From: a virus
IMG/VR virus record: IMGVR_UViG_3300049460_000196
Span: 32,001-96,000 of that record
Length of the DNA: 64,000 nt
Strand: one strand, 5' to 3'
Both the position numbers and the translations under genes were made by a program. Every line of letters begins with the position of its first letter. Position 1 is the first letter of the stretch. Positions 43,999-54,507 of the stretch are shown piece by piece. Under the pieces are notes generated by a model, which saw only the letters and a list, made by a program, of their open reading frames with translations, did not search any database and was not told the DNA's origin.

Positions 43999-44445
43999 TT
44001 AGAAGCCGTAACGAACGCCGACAGCAACTTGATTGCCGCCCAGAGCGCGGATTTGGCTTTCGGTACGCAGGTAACCGTATTCACCAACAACGCTGACATG
44101 CTTGGTCAGTGGGTAAGCGGCTTCCAGAGCCACTTTCGCACCGTAGCCATTCAGACCCTTGGTTGCATCCAGGTAATTGACACCAGCTTTGGCGGTCACG
44201 ACAGTCGAACCCAGTTTTGCTACCGGATAGCCAACAGCTACACCATAGTTGGTTACACGGTGGGTACCAGTAACATCACGGGTGACCGATGCTTCGCCTT
44301 TCAGCGGGCCAAAGGTTTCACCAACGACAACACCAGCGTTGTTGGTTTCGGTACCGTAGTTACGACCACCAACAGCGGTCAGTTCGGTTGCGGATGCTGC
44401 GGTTGCAGCCAGGATCAGGGCGGTTGCCAGAATAGTTTTAGTCAT
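43999..44445 (-). CDS. Outer-membrane beta-barrel protein
   Basis: Signal peptide, amphipathic strands, C-terminal beta-signal VGVRYGF. Confidence 0.8.
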   Translation of the reverse strand: MTKTILATALILAATAASATELTAVGGRNYGTETNNAGVVVGETFGPLKGEASVTRDVTGTHRVTNYGVAVGYPVAKLGSTVVTAKAGVNYLDATKGLNGYGAKVALEAAYPLTKHVSVVGEYGYLRTESQIRALGGNQVAVGVRYGF

Positions 44446-44572
44446 TTTGTAGTTTCCTATTGTACGGCTGAAGCTAATCTTCAGCACGGCCATCATTGTA
44501 CTGGTCTGGCCCTAATAGTCAAAATAATAATGGCGAGGATCTCCTCGCCATTTTGTTACAGCATGTTACTTA

Positions 44573-46177
44573 TTACTTGAACACAGCAACACTAGCCTTG
44601 ACATTGAGACCAATATCATTGACCTTGTCAACAATCTCACCATCACGGAAGCCAACAATATTGAGTACCTTGTAATAGCCTTTGCTCGCCTGGGTTTGAT
44701 CATGGAAACATTCATGAGTGGTATTCAATTCACCCATCCAATTCTTCGACGGTCCACTGCTAGCCAGGAAGGTAATGCGCTCATCATCCACCTTCATACA
44801 CACCAAAATCGTCTCGTCATGTGGGGCCCACTCACTTGCGGCAGTCTTGATGTCAACCACTCGTTTACCATAAAGAACCATGGTGGCGGGCAAAATGGCC
44901 CAACCCTTACTCCGACGATAATCAGCCATCGAATTGCGAGCTTCATCCACTTCCTGATCTTCACTGACACTTTGGACTAATACGTGACGACCTGGTGGCA
45001 AATTGCATTCTTCCACTATTGGATCCATATCATCAGTCTCAAACACATAGACAGTTGCTCCAACGGGCTTCTGCTCATCAAAGACCGTAGGCGATGGAGT
45101 ATGACCTTCAGCCATTGATTTCACGGAAGCAGACGGCATACCACCAATCATAGCACTATAGACAGCCGCCGCACAACGACGTAACTCTGAACTTGAGAAA
45201 CCACCCATCGACAACGCACCACGCAAAGCCTCAGCACCCTTACCAAGCTGTGTCTGACTAGGCGTCAACTTCACCATCTTCTCTGGTGTCGCAACCATGA
45301 CATCCTCGTCAATTGCCTGACCTTTCCTCATAGCATCTAATGCGGAAAGAATGGCAGTATGTTCTGCTTGTACTTGTGGATCAAAGTAATCACGATAACA
45401 TCCAGAACCAATATCTGAATGTACAACCGGCGGCATTTGACCCGACCGAATCGCATTAGCGGCCATGGCCATCATCGCCGAATCCGGACCATTCCAACGC
45501 TCGTCTGGATCATCATACTCAGGATCATAGTCAGCTGCAAGCTTGGCATAGTTGCCCAAGAATGTATCAATACGGTCAGCCAAATCCTGACCGGCTATTG
45601 ACTCATCAACAATGGCAGCTTCTGGAGCCACAGCACCTGCCATAAAATCTTCATCAGTGGTCTTTGGTAACTTGTCATTGTAGAACGTACCAACACCATC
45701 CATAAACGAACCCACCTTCTCACCCTGCGCATTCAGGGCAATATAGCAACGCGATCCAATACCCACAGGATCACGCTCAATAGTGAAACCATAATGATCG
45801 CACATATGACGGAAGGCAGCAGTGGTATGAGTGGTGGTGAATCGACCAACCTGATAGGTGTTTTCCATGGACTCCTTGACACTCGGCTGCAAATCCTCAA
45901 CAGTTACATTACCTGGTGTAATCTTGGCCTTGTAATGATACCAAATATGATTGAACGTTTCCTCATCAGGAAAGTACATGCAGGTATCCTCAACATCCAA
46001 TGCAACACCATCACGCTTGGCCGCAATATCACGAACTTTATTCGCCAACTCCGCATTGGCAAACTTCAAATACTTGGTGTAACGAACACCAGCATCCTCG
46101 ATAATCTGATTGGCTTCATCCGACTCATAAATGGATGACTCAATCTCACGAAGACTCTCTTGAATTGTTTTATACAT
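44573..46177 (-). CDS. Large acidic late protein (possible virion internal protein)
   Basis: 534 aa; recurring (I/V)xE-S/D sites resemble prohead-protease sites (inference). Confidence 0.65.
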   Translation of the reverse strand: MYKTIQESLREIESSIYESDEANQIIEDAGVRYTKYLKFANAELANKVRDIAAKRDGVALDVEDTCMYFPDEETFNHIWYHYKAKITPGNVTVEDLQPSVKESMENTYQVGRFTTTHTTAAFRHMCDHYGFTIERDPVGIGSRCYIALNAQGEKVGSFMDGVGTFYNDKLPKTTDEDFMAGAVAPEAAIVDESIAGQDLADRIDTFLGNYAKLAADYDPEYDDPDERWNGPDSAMMAMAANAIRSGQMPPVVHSDIGSGCYRDYFDPQVQAEHTAILSALDAMRKGQAIDEDVMVATPEKMVKLTPSQTQLGKGAEALRGALSMGGFSSSELRRCAAAVYSAMIGGMPSASVKSMAEGHTPSPTVFDEQKPVGATVYVFETDDMDPIVEECNLPPGRHVLVQSVSEDQEVDEARNSMADYRRSKGWAILPATMVLYGKRVVDIKTAASEWAPHDETILVCMKVDDERITFLASSGPSKNWMGELNTTHECFHDQTQASKGYYKVLNIVGFRDGEIVDKVNDIGLNVKASVAVFK

Positions 46178-46185
46178 GTTTCCCC

Positions 46186-46677
46186 CTAGAAACCATTATC
46201 TGTGATTTTAGTATGCTCCGGAATACTTGATACAATGAATAACGAATTATCCGTCAGATCACCAACTCTCTTGTAGGTGGGATACTTGGTCAATAGCGAA
46301 CTGACTAGACGACGATACAACGATTGACGGCTAACCTCATCAGCACTAAATGCCAAATACTCAGGCTTCACGGCAATCATAAACTCATCAATGACCCGCA
46401 ACACACAAGCGAATACCTGAGCAGCATTCCCGGTATTGGTAACGCTAGTATCAAACACTTGACCAGATGCAGACTCAACCAATAACTCGAAACGGACATC
46501 CCATCCAGGACCAAACTCAGTCAAGTTCTCATCATCCCGGCTAAACGTAATCTGATACCGCTTATCAGTTACCTGAAACGCAGCAACATGACGCTTCGAT
46601 GTGCTGACCTCCCACGTATACGGAACACGACTGTCAAATAACTCCAAGAGAGAACTATACCTCATAAATATCCCCAA
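46186..46677 (-). CDS. Hypothetical late protein
   Basis: LLELFD..., TNTGNAAQVFA.V, R.SLYRR motifs. Confidence 0.7.
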   Translation of the reverse strand: MGIFMRYSSLLELFDSRVPYTWEVSTSKRHVAAFQVTDKRYQITFSRDDENLTEFGPGWDVRFELLVESASGQVFDTSVTNTGNAAQVFACVLRVIDEFMIAVKPEYLAFSADEVSRQSLYRRLVSSLLTKYPTYKRVGDLTDNSLFIVSSIPEHTKITDNGF

Positions 46678-46705
46678 TTAACAACATACTTAAAAGGGTA
46701 TTTAT

Positions 46706-47215
46706 ATGCGTGGCGATATCGTGGCAATGCTCCACTACGAAGCAAAAGTGAAACCTGAAGTCAAAAAATTGGTCGACAATATAATGAACATGACCACTCA
46801 AGACATCGAAAACGCCCAAGTACCACTGCCCTGGTACAGACAAGCCCTCCTGATCCTGAAAAACAGAACCACAATCCAATCAACTATTACATTCGGGGAA
46901 AATGCAGATCCCTTGGGATGGATCGCAAGATGGCATGACGTGGACTCCGACCTGATGATCGATCGAAATAACACAATTGAAATAAAAACTAATACCCTGG
47001 TATGGTTCCCAGACTCAGGTGGCGTCTGGATCGAATCACTGTTCAGCCAAATAATCGACCCACGACTCTCAACACTACATCAAACCGAAATCCTAACAAA
47101 GAGCCAATACATGATACGATACCGCGAACGACTCAACGGCCTCGTACCAGAATCAATCATCGACCTCACAAACGGTGCCAGCACAGCTCCAAGATTCACT
47201 ATCACACGACACTAA
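46706..47215 (+). CDS. Hypothetical protein
   Basis: 169 aa ORF. Confidence 0.55.
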   Translation: MRGDIVAMLHYEAKVKPEVKKLVDNIMNMTTQDIENAQVPLPWYRQALLILKNRTTIQSTITFGENADPLGWIARWHDVDSDLMIDRNNTIEIKTNTLVWFPDSGGVWIESLFSQIIDPRLSTLHQTEILTKSQYMIRYRERLNGLVPESIIDLTNGASTAPRFTITRH

Positions 47216-47227
47216 ATCGTCACACAA

Positions 47228-47719
47228 TCAACGAACACGAGTCAACATCGCACCTACATCATCCACCGGACCACGCCACAACCATACACGATCCCTGGTA
47301 CTAATGAGACCAGGTAACCCCAACTCCAACACCCGCTTGGTGAAATCAACAAATAAACTAGGCAACCAACTCCACTGATTACCCGGAATACTCTCCCCAA
47401 TACCAGGTAATTCACTCATCTCCTGATACGCTGAAGTGACATTGCATGCACCAAAGGGAATCAAATACTCCTCAGGTCCATAATTACGAGTTACATATAA
47501 TATCTCCCACTCCTGACGAAACCTCTTATCCACTACCATACGCAACTCAATACGAGGAACAGGCAAACCACTTCCATCCTCACAACGATGACGACACCAC
47601 GACCAATCACGATCATCTATCAACTTGTCCCGTCTCGCTATCTCATTCCGTAATCCCTCCAACTCCTGATCACGTATGTCCATCAACTCCTGCATACGAG
47701 CTAATACCCTATCACTCAC
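47228..47719 (-). CDS. Hypothetical protein
   Basis: 163 aa ORF. Confidence 0.65.
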   Translation of the reverse strand: MSDRVLARMQELMDIRDQELEGLRNEIARRDKLIDDRDWSWCRHRCEDGSGLPVPRIELRMVVDKRFRQEWEILYVTRNYGPEEYLIPFGACNVTSAYQEMSELPGIGESIPGNQWSWLPSLFVDFTKRVLELGLPGLISTRDRVWLWRGPVDDVGAMLTRVR

Positions 47720-47892
47720 ACTATACCCCCTTGTAAAAACTTACTCACCTATTGCCATATGATTAATACCTTCATGAGGAAGGAAGAGATCATGAAATAT
47801 GATTCTTGAAGAATTATGTCAGAAATGACACACCTGATGTCGTAAACTCCAGGTAGGTATTTCAAAACTTGATCGATTTCTGCTTGATTTCG

Positions 47893-48318
47893 TCAAGAAT
47901 CACAAAAATGCAGTTTCCTAAATTTCGCGTCAGGCTTGTTATGGCACATGCGAATCGTCCATTCGCCCATAGCGTCTTTCCTTATCAACTTGTGATAACT
48001 TACCTTAATCATATCCCCACCAACTTCCACATAGACGCGATATCGCTCACTCGCGAACTTCTCCATGGCCATACATGCTTCTGTGAACTGAACCAGTCCC
48101 AGGTGTAAGTGCATGAACTCTTCATCCTCCAGCATGGTGTCAGGAAACGACAGTCGGTGGTCGCATTTGAGTTTTTCGTGCCAGGTGCGAGGTGGCTTAG
48201 GATCGAAGATTGAAGGCGATTCTGGCCAGCGGCCATTCGATAAGCGTTTGTATGTCATGTTGATAATGGTACACTGCTGTTCATCTATGTGCAAGCCTAG
48301 TCGTAAAAAAGCCCACAC
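47893..48318 (-). CDS. Hypothetical protein (start uncertain)
   Basis: ORF. Confidence 0.5.
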   Translation of the reverse strand: MWAFLRLGLHIDEQQCTIINMTYKRLSNGRWPESPSIFDPKPPRTWHEKLKCDHRLSFPDTMLEDEEFMHLHLGLVQFTEACMAMEKFASERYRVYVEVGGDMIKVSYHKLIRKDAMGEWTIRMCHNKPDAKFRKLHFCDS

Positions 48319-48357
48319 GATGTGGGCTTACTGGGAGTCATCCAGCAGTCGTTTGAC

Positions 48358-48585
48358 TTACTGGTGACCTCTGGTGACGTCCGTGGCGACATCCAGCATC
48401 TGGAGATCGTGGCCGTATTCTGGACGGATAACATTCATGCCATCGCGAGTCCATTCCACTTCTTTACCATTGACCGTGCCATACACGGAAGTGGCATTGA
48501 AGCCCAGGATTGTCGGCCGGCCACCACCACGAGTTACTACTGGGTGGCCTTGCTGCCAGAGCAAAAGATCGAACGGTGCGTTCAT
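48358..48585 (-). CDS. Hypothetical protein
   Basis: GHPVVTR.G...WTRDG...DL.M. Confidence 0.6.
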   Translation of the reverse strand: MNAPFDLLLWQQGHPVVTRGGGRPTILGFNATSVYGTVNGKEVEWTRDGMNVIRPEYGHDLQMLDVATDVTRGHQ

Positions 48586-48587
48586 GA

Positions 48588-49028
48588 TTAGTTGATCGTC
48601 CGTTTGATTGGATTGACTGGTACTGAGTTTGGTGCATGCGAAGCCTCGTAGGCTTCGCAGCGTTTTGCAAGCTGCGAATAGTAGTCGGCTTTGGCGTTGG
48701 CCTCGCGTTCCATCTTGTAGATGGATTCCAGACTTACCACCAGGCCGGTGCGCTCGCGGAAGTTGGTCTGGATCGCATCCAGCAGCCGAGCTTCAAATCG
48801 CGTGTAGCCTTCTTCCGTGATCTTGAACGCATCGTGTTGGCGTTCGTTTGCCGTCACAGCGTCTGTGATGAAAAATAACCAGCCGTCGTTCGGGTTGATC
48901 GTGCCCGTATAACGAGCGACCATGCCGATGTCGCGGGCATCAACGTGCATGTTGCCCGAAACTTCGTGGTTGTTCAGGTTGAAGAAGGTATCGTGAAAAC
49001 GCTTGGCCAGCTCTTGAATGCGAATCAT
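48588..49028 (-). CDS. Hypothetical protein
   Basis: 146 aa, SD AAGGA. Confidence 0.7.
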   Translation of the reverse strand: MIRIQELAKRFHDTFFNLNNHEVSGNMHVDARDIGMVARYTGTINPNDGWLFFITDAVTANERQHDAFKITEEGYTRFEARLLDAIQTNFRERTGLVVSLESIYKMEREANAKADYYSQLAKRCEAYEASHAPNSVPVNPIKRTIN

Positions 49029-49371
49029 AGCATTGTTCCTTGTTGTTTACCAATAACGCAATGGTAACACCAAATGGTTAAAAAGCAAACAGCTGATATT
49101 CAGTTGTGGTTTGCCACACTAACCAGAACATGACGATTCAATATATCCATTAGTAAACCCACATACGAGCCATATTTTTGACGAGCATGGCTGTGGTTGA
49201 TTGGATAGGCGCGATGAATCAAGCGCACATGGGCGCGATATTGTTCAGCACAGCAATGGCGGAAAATTTCCTTGCTGTCAGCCATAGTGACTCCTGGTAT
49301 GTCGTCTCCGTTGTAGATTGCACGGAACAACAGCAGGATGCGATCGTCATATGGTGACGGCAGGTCAACGT

Positions 49372-50214
49372 TCATTTATGATTCCAATGCAATTTTGTGG
49401 TCAGCAGGTCGAAGAAGTTCCACTCTGGGGCATGAAGGAGGGTGACTTTCTTTTCCAGGCGGTTCACTTCAACGGTATATTGGGTTGCATCGTCAGGCCA
49501 ACATTGCTCGATATTGACGCCGTCTGCCTTGATAGACAGGTCTCGGCCCGGCTTGCGCTTTACTTGGACCTTGATCGTATTCTTGCCACCTACCACCATA
49601 GGGCGAGCACTCATGCTCATTGCGGCCAAGTGTATGATTTCTACAACATCAAGATCTGGTTCAATTATAGCACCACCACTGAATAACGCATAAGCGGTCG
49701 ATCCTGTCGGCGTGGAGATGATTACGCCGTTGCTTTTGTGATTGCCCGCATAAGAGTCGCCCACATGAAGATCGTAGTCCACGATCGAGTCGCTGTAACG
49801 GTCACTAACCACGATTTCATTCATAGCCACATACTCTTTGCCGCAAATGTTCACGGTGAGCAGTGTGCGACGATCTCGCTTGAAAGCTTGTGGATTGCGC
49901 AGCCGTTCAAAGAACTTGTGCGAGTCTTCACGGTCAAGCGGCAACAGGTCAGTGAGGAAGCCCAAGTTGCCAATGTTCACGCCGATGATTGGAATATCCA
50001 GCTCGACTGCTTTCTTGGCTGCAACCAGAACCGTACCATCGCCGCCGATGGGGATCATGACGGTATGGGCTGAATCGGTTACTTGATCGAGATCGCGGAT
50101 TACTTGGAATCCATGAATCTTTGCATGACGTTCGAGGTCATCTGCAATGCGTAGCGAATCTTCGACGCGATTGCCGCCGACTTTTGTTTGTATCAGTATT
50201 GTGGTGAATGTCAT
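49372..50214 (-). CDS. nadK: NAD kinase
   Basis: GGDGT, GNLGFL, NE, STPTGSTAYAL motifs. Confidence 0.95.
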   Translation of the reverse strand: MTFTTILIQTKVGGNRVEDSLRIADDLERHAKIHGFQVIRDLDQVTDSAHTVMIPIGGDGTVLVAAKKAVELDIPIIGVNIGNLGFLTDLLPLDREDSHKFFERLRNPQAFKRDRRTLLTVNICGKEYVAMNEIVVSDRYSDSIVDYDLHVGDSYAGNHKSNGVIISTPTGSTAYALFSGGAIIEPDLDVVEIIHLAAMSMSARPMVVGGKNTIKVQVKRKPGRDLSIKADGVNIEQCWPDDATQYTVEVNRLEKKVTLLHAPEWNFFDLLTTKLHWNHK

Positions 50215-50276
50215 GATGACCTCATAAAAAATCCTTGTTCATTATAACACGAACAAGGATTTGGTTCAATGCCGTT

Positions 50277-50651
50277 TTACCAGTCCCAAGTCCAACGGCC
50301 AATCAGTTCCAACATGGCTTCTTCCATACAGGCATTCACATCGTCTTGTGTGAACTTATGCTTACCTGAGTCTGCCTTATCTTGCAAGCGCTCTATGATG
50401 TCATCAATGCTTTTGGATTGATGACGGTCGATATCAAAATCATCGTACGGCGAATCAAAGATACAGCTTGCATGGTTGAGTGGAACCTCGCTGTCGTCGA
50501 CATCACGCCGCCAGTCGTCTGGAGCCAGCAGGAAAGTGCGCCACCGTTCAGCGAGTGGATGATCTTTATTGGTGATGAAGGTGTACCAATCAGTCTTGAT
50601 TGTTGAAGCAGATTTGACGTATTCGTGAATACGAGTTTCAATTTCGTTCAT
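50277..50651 (-). CDS. Hypothetical protein, paralog of the next gene
   Basis: FI..K..PL..RW..FL.AP.DWR; FDSPYD.F; NAC.EEA. Confidence 0.75.
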   Translation of the reverse strand: MNEIETRIHEYVKSASTIKTDWYTFITNKDHPLAERWRTFLLAPDDWRRDVDDSEVPLNHASCIFDSPYDDFDIDRHQSKSIDDIIERLQDKADSGKHKFTQDDVNACMEEAMLELIGRWTWDW

Positions 50652-50706
50652 GTTATTGTTATTATGGTGAACGTTAAAAAGCCCGGACCAGCCGGGCGCT
50701 TACGGG

Positions 50707-51078
50707 TTACTGATCGTAAAACCAGGAACCCAGATTCTTTTTGATTGCTTCTTCCTTGCAAGCGTTCAGTTCTATCTCCGTGAATTCGCCGTCTTCAACG
50801 AACTCTTCCAGCTTGTCGAAAAGCTCTTTGACAGTCATGGTCTGTTCCAGGTCCATATGGAAGTGATCATACGGGCTGTCGAACTTCTTGTAGGCAGTTG
50901 GCAATGGAACACCGCCGTCGCTGTGTTTTTTGCGCCAATCAGATGGTGCTGCCAGGAACGCTTCCCAACGATCATCCAGCGGTTGTTTCTTGTCGTTGAT
51001 GAACTTTGTCCAATCAGGGACAATAGTCTTGCTCAATGCCACGTAAGTGTTGATGCGTTCCAGAACAGTTTGGGTCAT
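50707..51078 (-). CDS. Hypothetical protein
   Basis: Paralog of 50277-50651. Confidence 0.75.
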   Translation of the reverse strand: MTQTVLERINTYVALSKTIVPDWTKFINDKKQPLDDRWEAFLAAPSDWRKKHSDGGVPLPTAYKKFDSPYDHFHMDLEQTMTVKELFDKLEEFVEDGEFTEIELNACKEEAIKKNLGSWFYDQ

Positions 51079-51129
51079 GTTTTGCTTTCGATAGTCACAA
51101 AAAGGGCCACTTGCGTGGCCCCCAAGGTA

Positions 51130-52704
51130 TTACTGATTTGCGCGAGCGCGGACTTCTTCCAGATCGTATTCTTTCAGGATTTGACCGTTGTACCACACGT
51201 CTTGCATGACTTCGGTGTGATCCTCGGTCATGTCTTCGATACGGATGGTCATGTACTCGCCGACCTTGCTTTGCACCACGGTCAAGCGACCTGCTTTGCT
51301 ACGCTTACCCGAGTCGGTGATTGGATCCTTGAACACGTCGACCCATACGCCGTCAACTTCGGCCGCGCACGTCTTTTCAGCGAACTTGTAGGTATCGCGG
51401 TTGACTTGTTGCAGCAGACCACCACCCTGACCGAAGACCATGTTTTCGATCGAGAAGCCGGCCGATTTCACTGCCATGCAAATGCGCTCGAAATCTTCAG
51501 GTTTCGACAAGCCGTCACCTTGCAGGATGCGGACAACGTTCAGGACTTTGTAGCCCTTGCTGTTGACCGTAACGCCGAAGCCTTCTTCGAAGATCTTCAG
51601 CAGTTCCAGGATGACCGTGACTGCGTCGCCGCTGTCTGGACGAACAACCAGCTTGATGCCTTTGTCCAGGATCTTTTGGCGCAGATCGCCTTTCGCGAAT
51701 TCACGTGCCAGGTTGAAGATGTCGTAGCCGTCGCTGACGATCGAGATCAACGTACCGACACCAAAGCGGCCGAATTCGTCGATGATGTCGTTCACGGTTT
51801 TCAGCTCGCCGTCACGACCACGCATGGTCATGATGCTGTGTTCAGTTGCGAACACGCTGTAGGCCGACATTTCGCTGTTGTAGTACGTGTTCGCGAACAG
51901 CGCACCCGTGATAGTGTCGGTGCCCATTGCACCCGTTGCCAGGTGAGCGGCGCCGCCGATACCAGCCGATACGATGCTCGAAACGCCGCGGGCGCCGAAG
52001 TCGTGGAACATGAACGCAATTGCTTCAGCGATCGACAGATCCGAGGTTTCGCTGATGTACTTCTTCAGGATGTTACGAACGGTCATGGAACGCGACGCAA
52101 CCGTCGTTGGGTACCAGACTGCACGCAGCATCGAGGTCTCGAAGTATGCGACCATCCAGGCGAGTTCTGGGTCGGTGCTTTCGATGGTGACCAGCGCATT
52201 GCGGGAGTCGATCACCATACCTTCTGGCAGAGCGCGGATGCGCAGTGGCAGGTGGCCGCCGTAGACGTTGACCACTTTTTCCCAGTCTGCGCGGGGGAAG
52301 ATTTCTTTGCCGCCGATGATGTGCTTCTCGAAGAACGCTTCAGCCTGATCGATCATTTCCATGGTGATCGGGCGCAGACGTTTGATCCAGATTTGCAGAC
52401 CGAAGAACAGCACTTTCTCCGCAAACGAACGCGGTTCGATGTAGCTGAACGCACCGGTCACGCCCAAACGGCCGTACATTGCTTGGTGGCACAGCTTGTA
52501 CGAGTCAACGTCCAGGATGACGTTGTCTTCAGGCTTTTCGATCGTGCGGGGATCACCCAGCAGTTTCAGATCAGCCCACAGTTTAGCGCGACGGATGGAG
52601 TCGGCGATGAACTGGTCAGCTTGTGCTTTAGCGGCATCCAGGGTGGCTACCGATACGGCTTGTTTGGTATAGCTGGTTTCGATTACGTTGTCTTCAGTTT
52701 TCAT
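51130..52704 (-). CDS. nadV: Nicotinamide phosphoribosyltransferase
   Basis: DSYK, WYPTTVA, HDFGARG, ATEHS, RPDSGD, QGDG, KDPITD.GK.SK.G. Confidence 0.95.
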   Translation of the reverse strand: MKTEDNVIETSYTKQAVSVATLDAAKAQADQFIADSIRRAKLWADLKLLGDPRTIEKPEDNVILDVDSYKLCHQAMYGRLGVTGAFSYIEPRSFAEKVLFFGLQIWIKRLRPITMEMIDQAEAFFEKHIIGGKEIFPRADWEKVVNVYGGHLPLRIRALPEGMVIDSRNALVTIESTDPELAWMVAYFETSMLRAVWYPTTVASRSMTVRNILKKYISETSDLSIAEAIAFMFHDFGARGVSSIVSAGIGGAAHLATGAMGTDTITGALFANTYYNSEMSAYSVFATEHSIMTMRGRDGELKTVNDIIDEFGRFGVGTLISIVSDGYDIFNLAREFAKGDLRQKILDKGIKLVVRPDSGDAVTVILELLKIFEEGFGVTVNSKGYKVLNVVRILQGDGLSKPEDFERICMAVKSAGFSIENMVFGQGGGLLQQVNRDTYKFAEKTCAAEVDGVWVDVFKDPITDSGKRSKAGRLTVVQSKVGEYMTIRIEDMTEDHTEVMQDVWYNGQILKEYDLEEVRARANQ

Positions 52705-52727
52705 GATAATTCCTATCAATGTTAAAA

Positions 52728-52750
52728 CCCGACTGGTCTATCCTGTCGGG
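52728..52750 (-). promoter_or_regulatory. GGATAGACC hairpin in the nadV leader
   Basis: CCCGAC-AGGATAGACCA-GTCGGG. Confidence 0.7.
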
Positions 52751-52812
52751 GGTGCTACGGTTTAAATTAATGCCATATTGTGGCGCAATGGCTTCTACGA
52801 GTCAAGCACTGA

Positions 52813-53961
52813 TTACTGATATTTTTTCAACTGGCTCAGTGCGTACAGGAGCATGTCGTAGTGATCTTCGAAGAACTGGATGCGCGACAGCATGTGAACA
52901 GGAACCCAGATTGCTTCTTTGGCGTCGTCACTGCCTTTTACTTTAGGCAGACCTTTGCCATCGCTTGGCAGCACGATGATTTGTGCAGTAGTGATGACGC
53001 GACCACGGCGGGAACGGTTGACGGCGTCGAAGACTTTTTCTTCCTTGATGCAGCCGCGAATCAGTGCTTCGGGCAGCTTGATCTTGGTTTCTTCGAACAG
53101 TTCACGGATGCCGCATTCGAGCATGCTTGCATCAGCTTTGATCAGCTCGCCCTTCTTGTTCGTGTAGGTCTTGGCGTTGACGAATCCGCCTGGGAATGCC
53201 AACAGGTTTTTGCCTGGATTGGACTTACGGCGGATCAGCAGGACGTGACCATCTTTGAACACGATTGCGTCGCCGGTGTTGAACGTGATCGGATATGGCA
53301 GGTGCTCGAATTGCTTGCGATAGTCCCGGATGTACTTGGCTTCGTCAACCACGTATTGGTAGTTGGTCGAAGTCAGGAAGCGTTCCAGGAAACGCGCAGT
53401 TGCGCTTGGTACAACACCTTTGAACAGGTTCAGATTGCACTTCGGGCTGAAGTACAGTTCGCGGATAGTGGTTGCATCCAGGATTTCCACCAGCGGCATT
53501 TCGATCGGCTCGCCCCACTGCGGGAACATCTTCAGGTAGAAGCTCGAATCGTCTTTGCTGTGGCCGATCAACTTCACGTTGTCGCCGAGCAGCAGCGGCT
53601 GAACTTGTGCTGCGACGTCCATGCCCCAGCCTGCATTGCTGTAACGTTGGTTTTCTACAGAGATGAACTTCAGGCGGTCGTCCAGATCATCGACTGGAAT
53701 GTTGCGAGCGATGCATGCGTCGTGGATGCTTTCGCGGATCACTTCCATGCGTTCGTCTTGCGTGAACGGATTGTCTTCGTCACGCGGTTCGTTCGCAGAA
53801 CCCACTGCCACGATCACACGGTAGGCCAGCGTCATGGCGTGCATGATCGTTTCCAGGTGTGCATTATGGAATGGTTGGAAGCGGCCAATGTAGATGACCG
53901 TGTCATACGCATATTTGATAGCCTGCGCAATAGGCTTGAGGGTTGGTGCTGCGGTTGTCAT
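52813..53961 (-). CDS. nadM: Bifunctional NMN adenylyltransferase / Nudix hydrolase (NadM-Nudix)
   Basis: YIGRFQPFHNAH, NPF, GHSKDDSSFYL; Nudix PGGF...RELFEET, DDAKEAIW, FEDH. Confidence 0.95.
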   Translation of the reverse strand: MTTAAPTLKPIAQAIKYAYDTVIYIGRFQPFHNAHLETIMHAMTLAYRVIVAVGSANEPRDEDNPFTQDERMEVIRESIHDACIARNIPVDDLDDRLKFISVENQRYSNAGWGMDVAAQVQPLLLGDNVKLIGHSKDDSSFYLKMFPQWGEPIEMPLVEILDATTIRELYFSPKCNLNLFKGVVPSATARFLERFLTSTNYQYVVDEAKYIRDYRKQFEHLPYPITFNTGDAIVFKDGHVLLIRRKSNPGKNLLAFPGGFVNAKTYTNKKGELIKADASMLECGIRELFEETKIKLPEALIRGCIKEEKVFDAVNRSRRGRVITTAQIIVLPSDGKGLPKVKGSDDAKEAIWVPVHMLSRIQFFEDHYDMLLYALSQLKKYQ

Positions 53962-53982
53962 GATAATTCCTATCAAGTTATG

Positions 53983-54005
53983 CTCAACTGGTCTATCCGG
54001 TCGAG
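53983..54005 (-). promoter_or_regulatory. GGATAGACC hairpin in the nadM leader
   Basis: CTCGAC-CGGATAGACCA-GTTGAG. Confidence 0.7.
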
Positions 54006-54067
54006 GTACTACTGGTGGGTTTATTGCCACACCGTCATGCTACTGGCTTCAGGCCAGTTACGCAAGA

Positions 54068-54454
54068 TTACTTGGCAATTTGCTCGTCGAGTGCTGCGAC
54101 TTGTGCAAGCAATGCCGTACGTTCTGTGATCAGTTTTTGGTTATCTGCTTCTTCAGCAGCACGGATGCGTTGAGCTTTGAGCTCTGGATCGTGTGCAATG
54201 ACAGTAACTTCTCGCAGGACGATTTCCCCGCCGCTACCCCAGCTCCAGAAGTCTGGATGGGCGATAGCCATATAGATCACATCTTCCAGCATACCGGAAA
54301 ACAGACCAATTTTGGTACCATTGTAGCCACGGTCATCACCCTCGCCAATGACTTCCCAGACGCCAATAGTGTCGAGTGGGATATGCGCGAGGTGCCGCTT
54401 AAAAAAGTTACCGCTGATGAAACTTTGAAGACGCTTGTGCGTGGTAATACTCAT
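54068..54454 (-). CDS. Hypothetical protein
   Basis: GVWEV.GE...FWSWGSGGEI; coiled-coil end. Confidence 0.7.
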   Translation of the reverse strand: MSITTHKRLQSFISGNFFKRHLAHIPLDTIGVWEVIGEGDDRGYNGTKIGLFSGMLEDVIYMAIAHPDFWSWGSGGEIVLREVTVIAHDPELKAQRIRAAEEADNQKLITERTALLAQVAALDEQIAK

Positions 54455-54483
54455 GATTAATATGAATCCCATATTAAAGTTGA

Positions 54484-54507
54484 TAGCGTCGGGTCTATCC
54501 CTTGCTA
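54484..54507 (-). promoter_or_regulatory. GGATAGACC hairpin, third copy
   Basis: TAGCAA-GGGATAGACCC-GACGCTA. Confidence 0.6.

Noticed and set aside
50857-54129. Long plus-strand ORFs (622 aa and 422 aa)
   Set aside because: Antisense shadows of nadV and nadM, with no recognisable motifs
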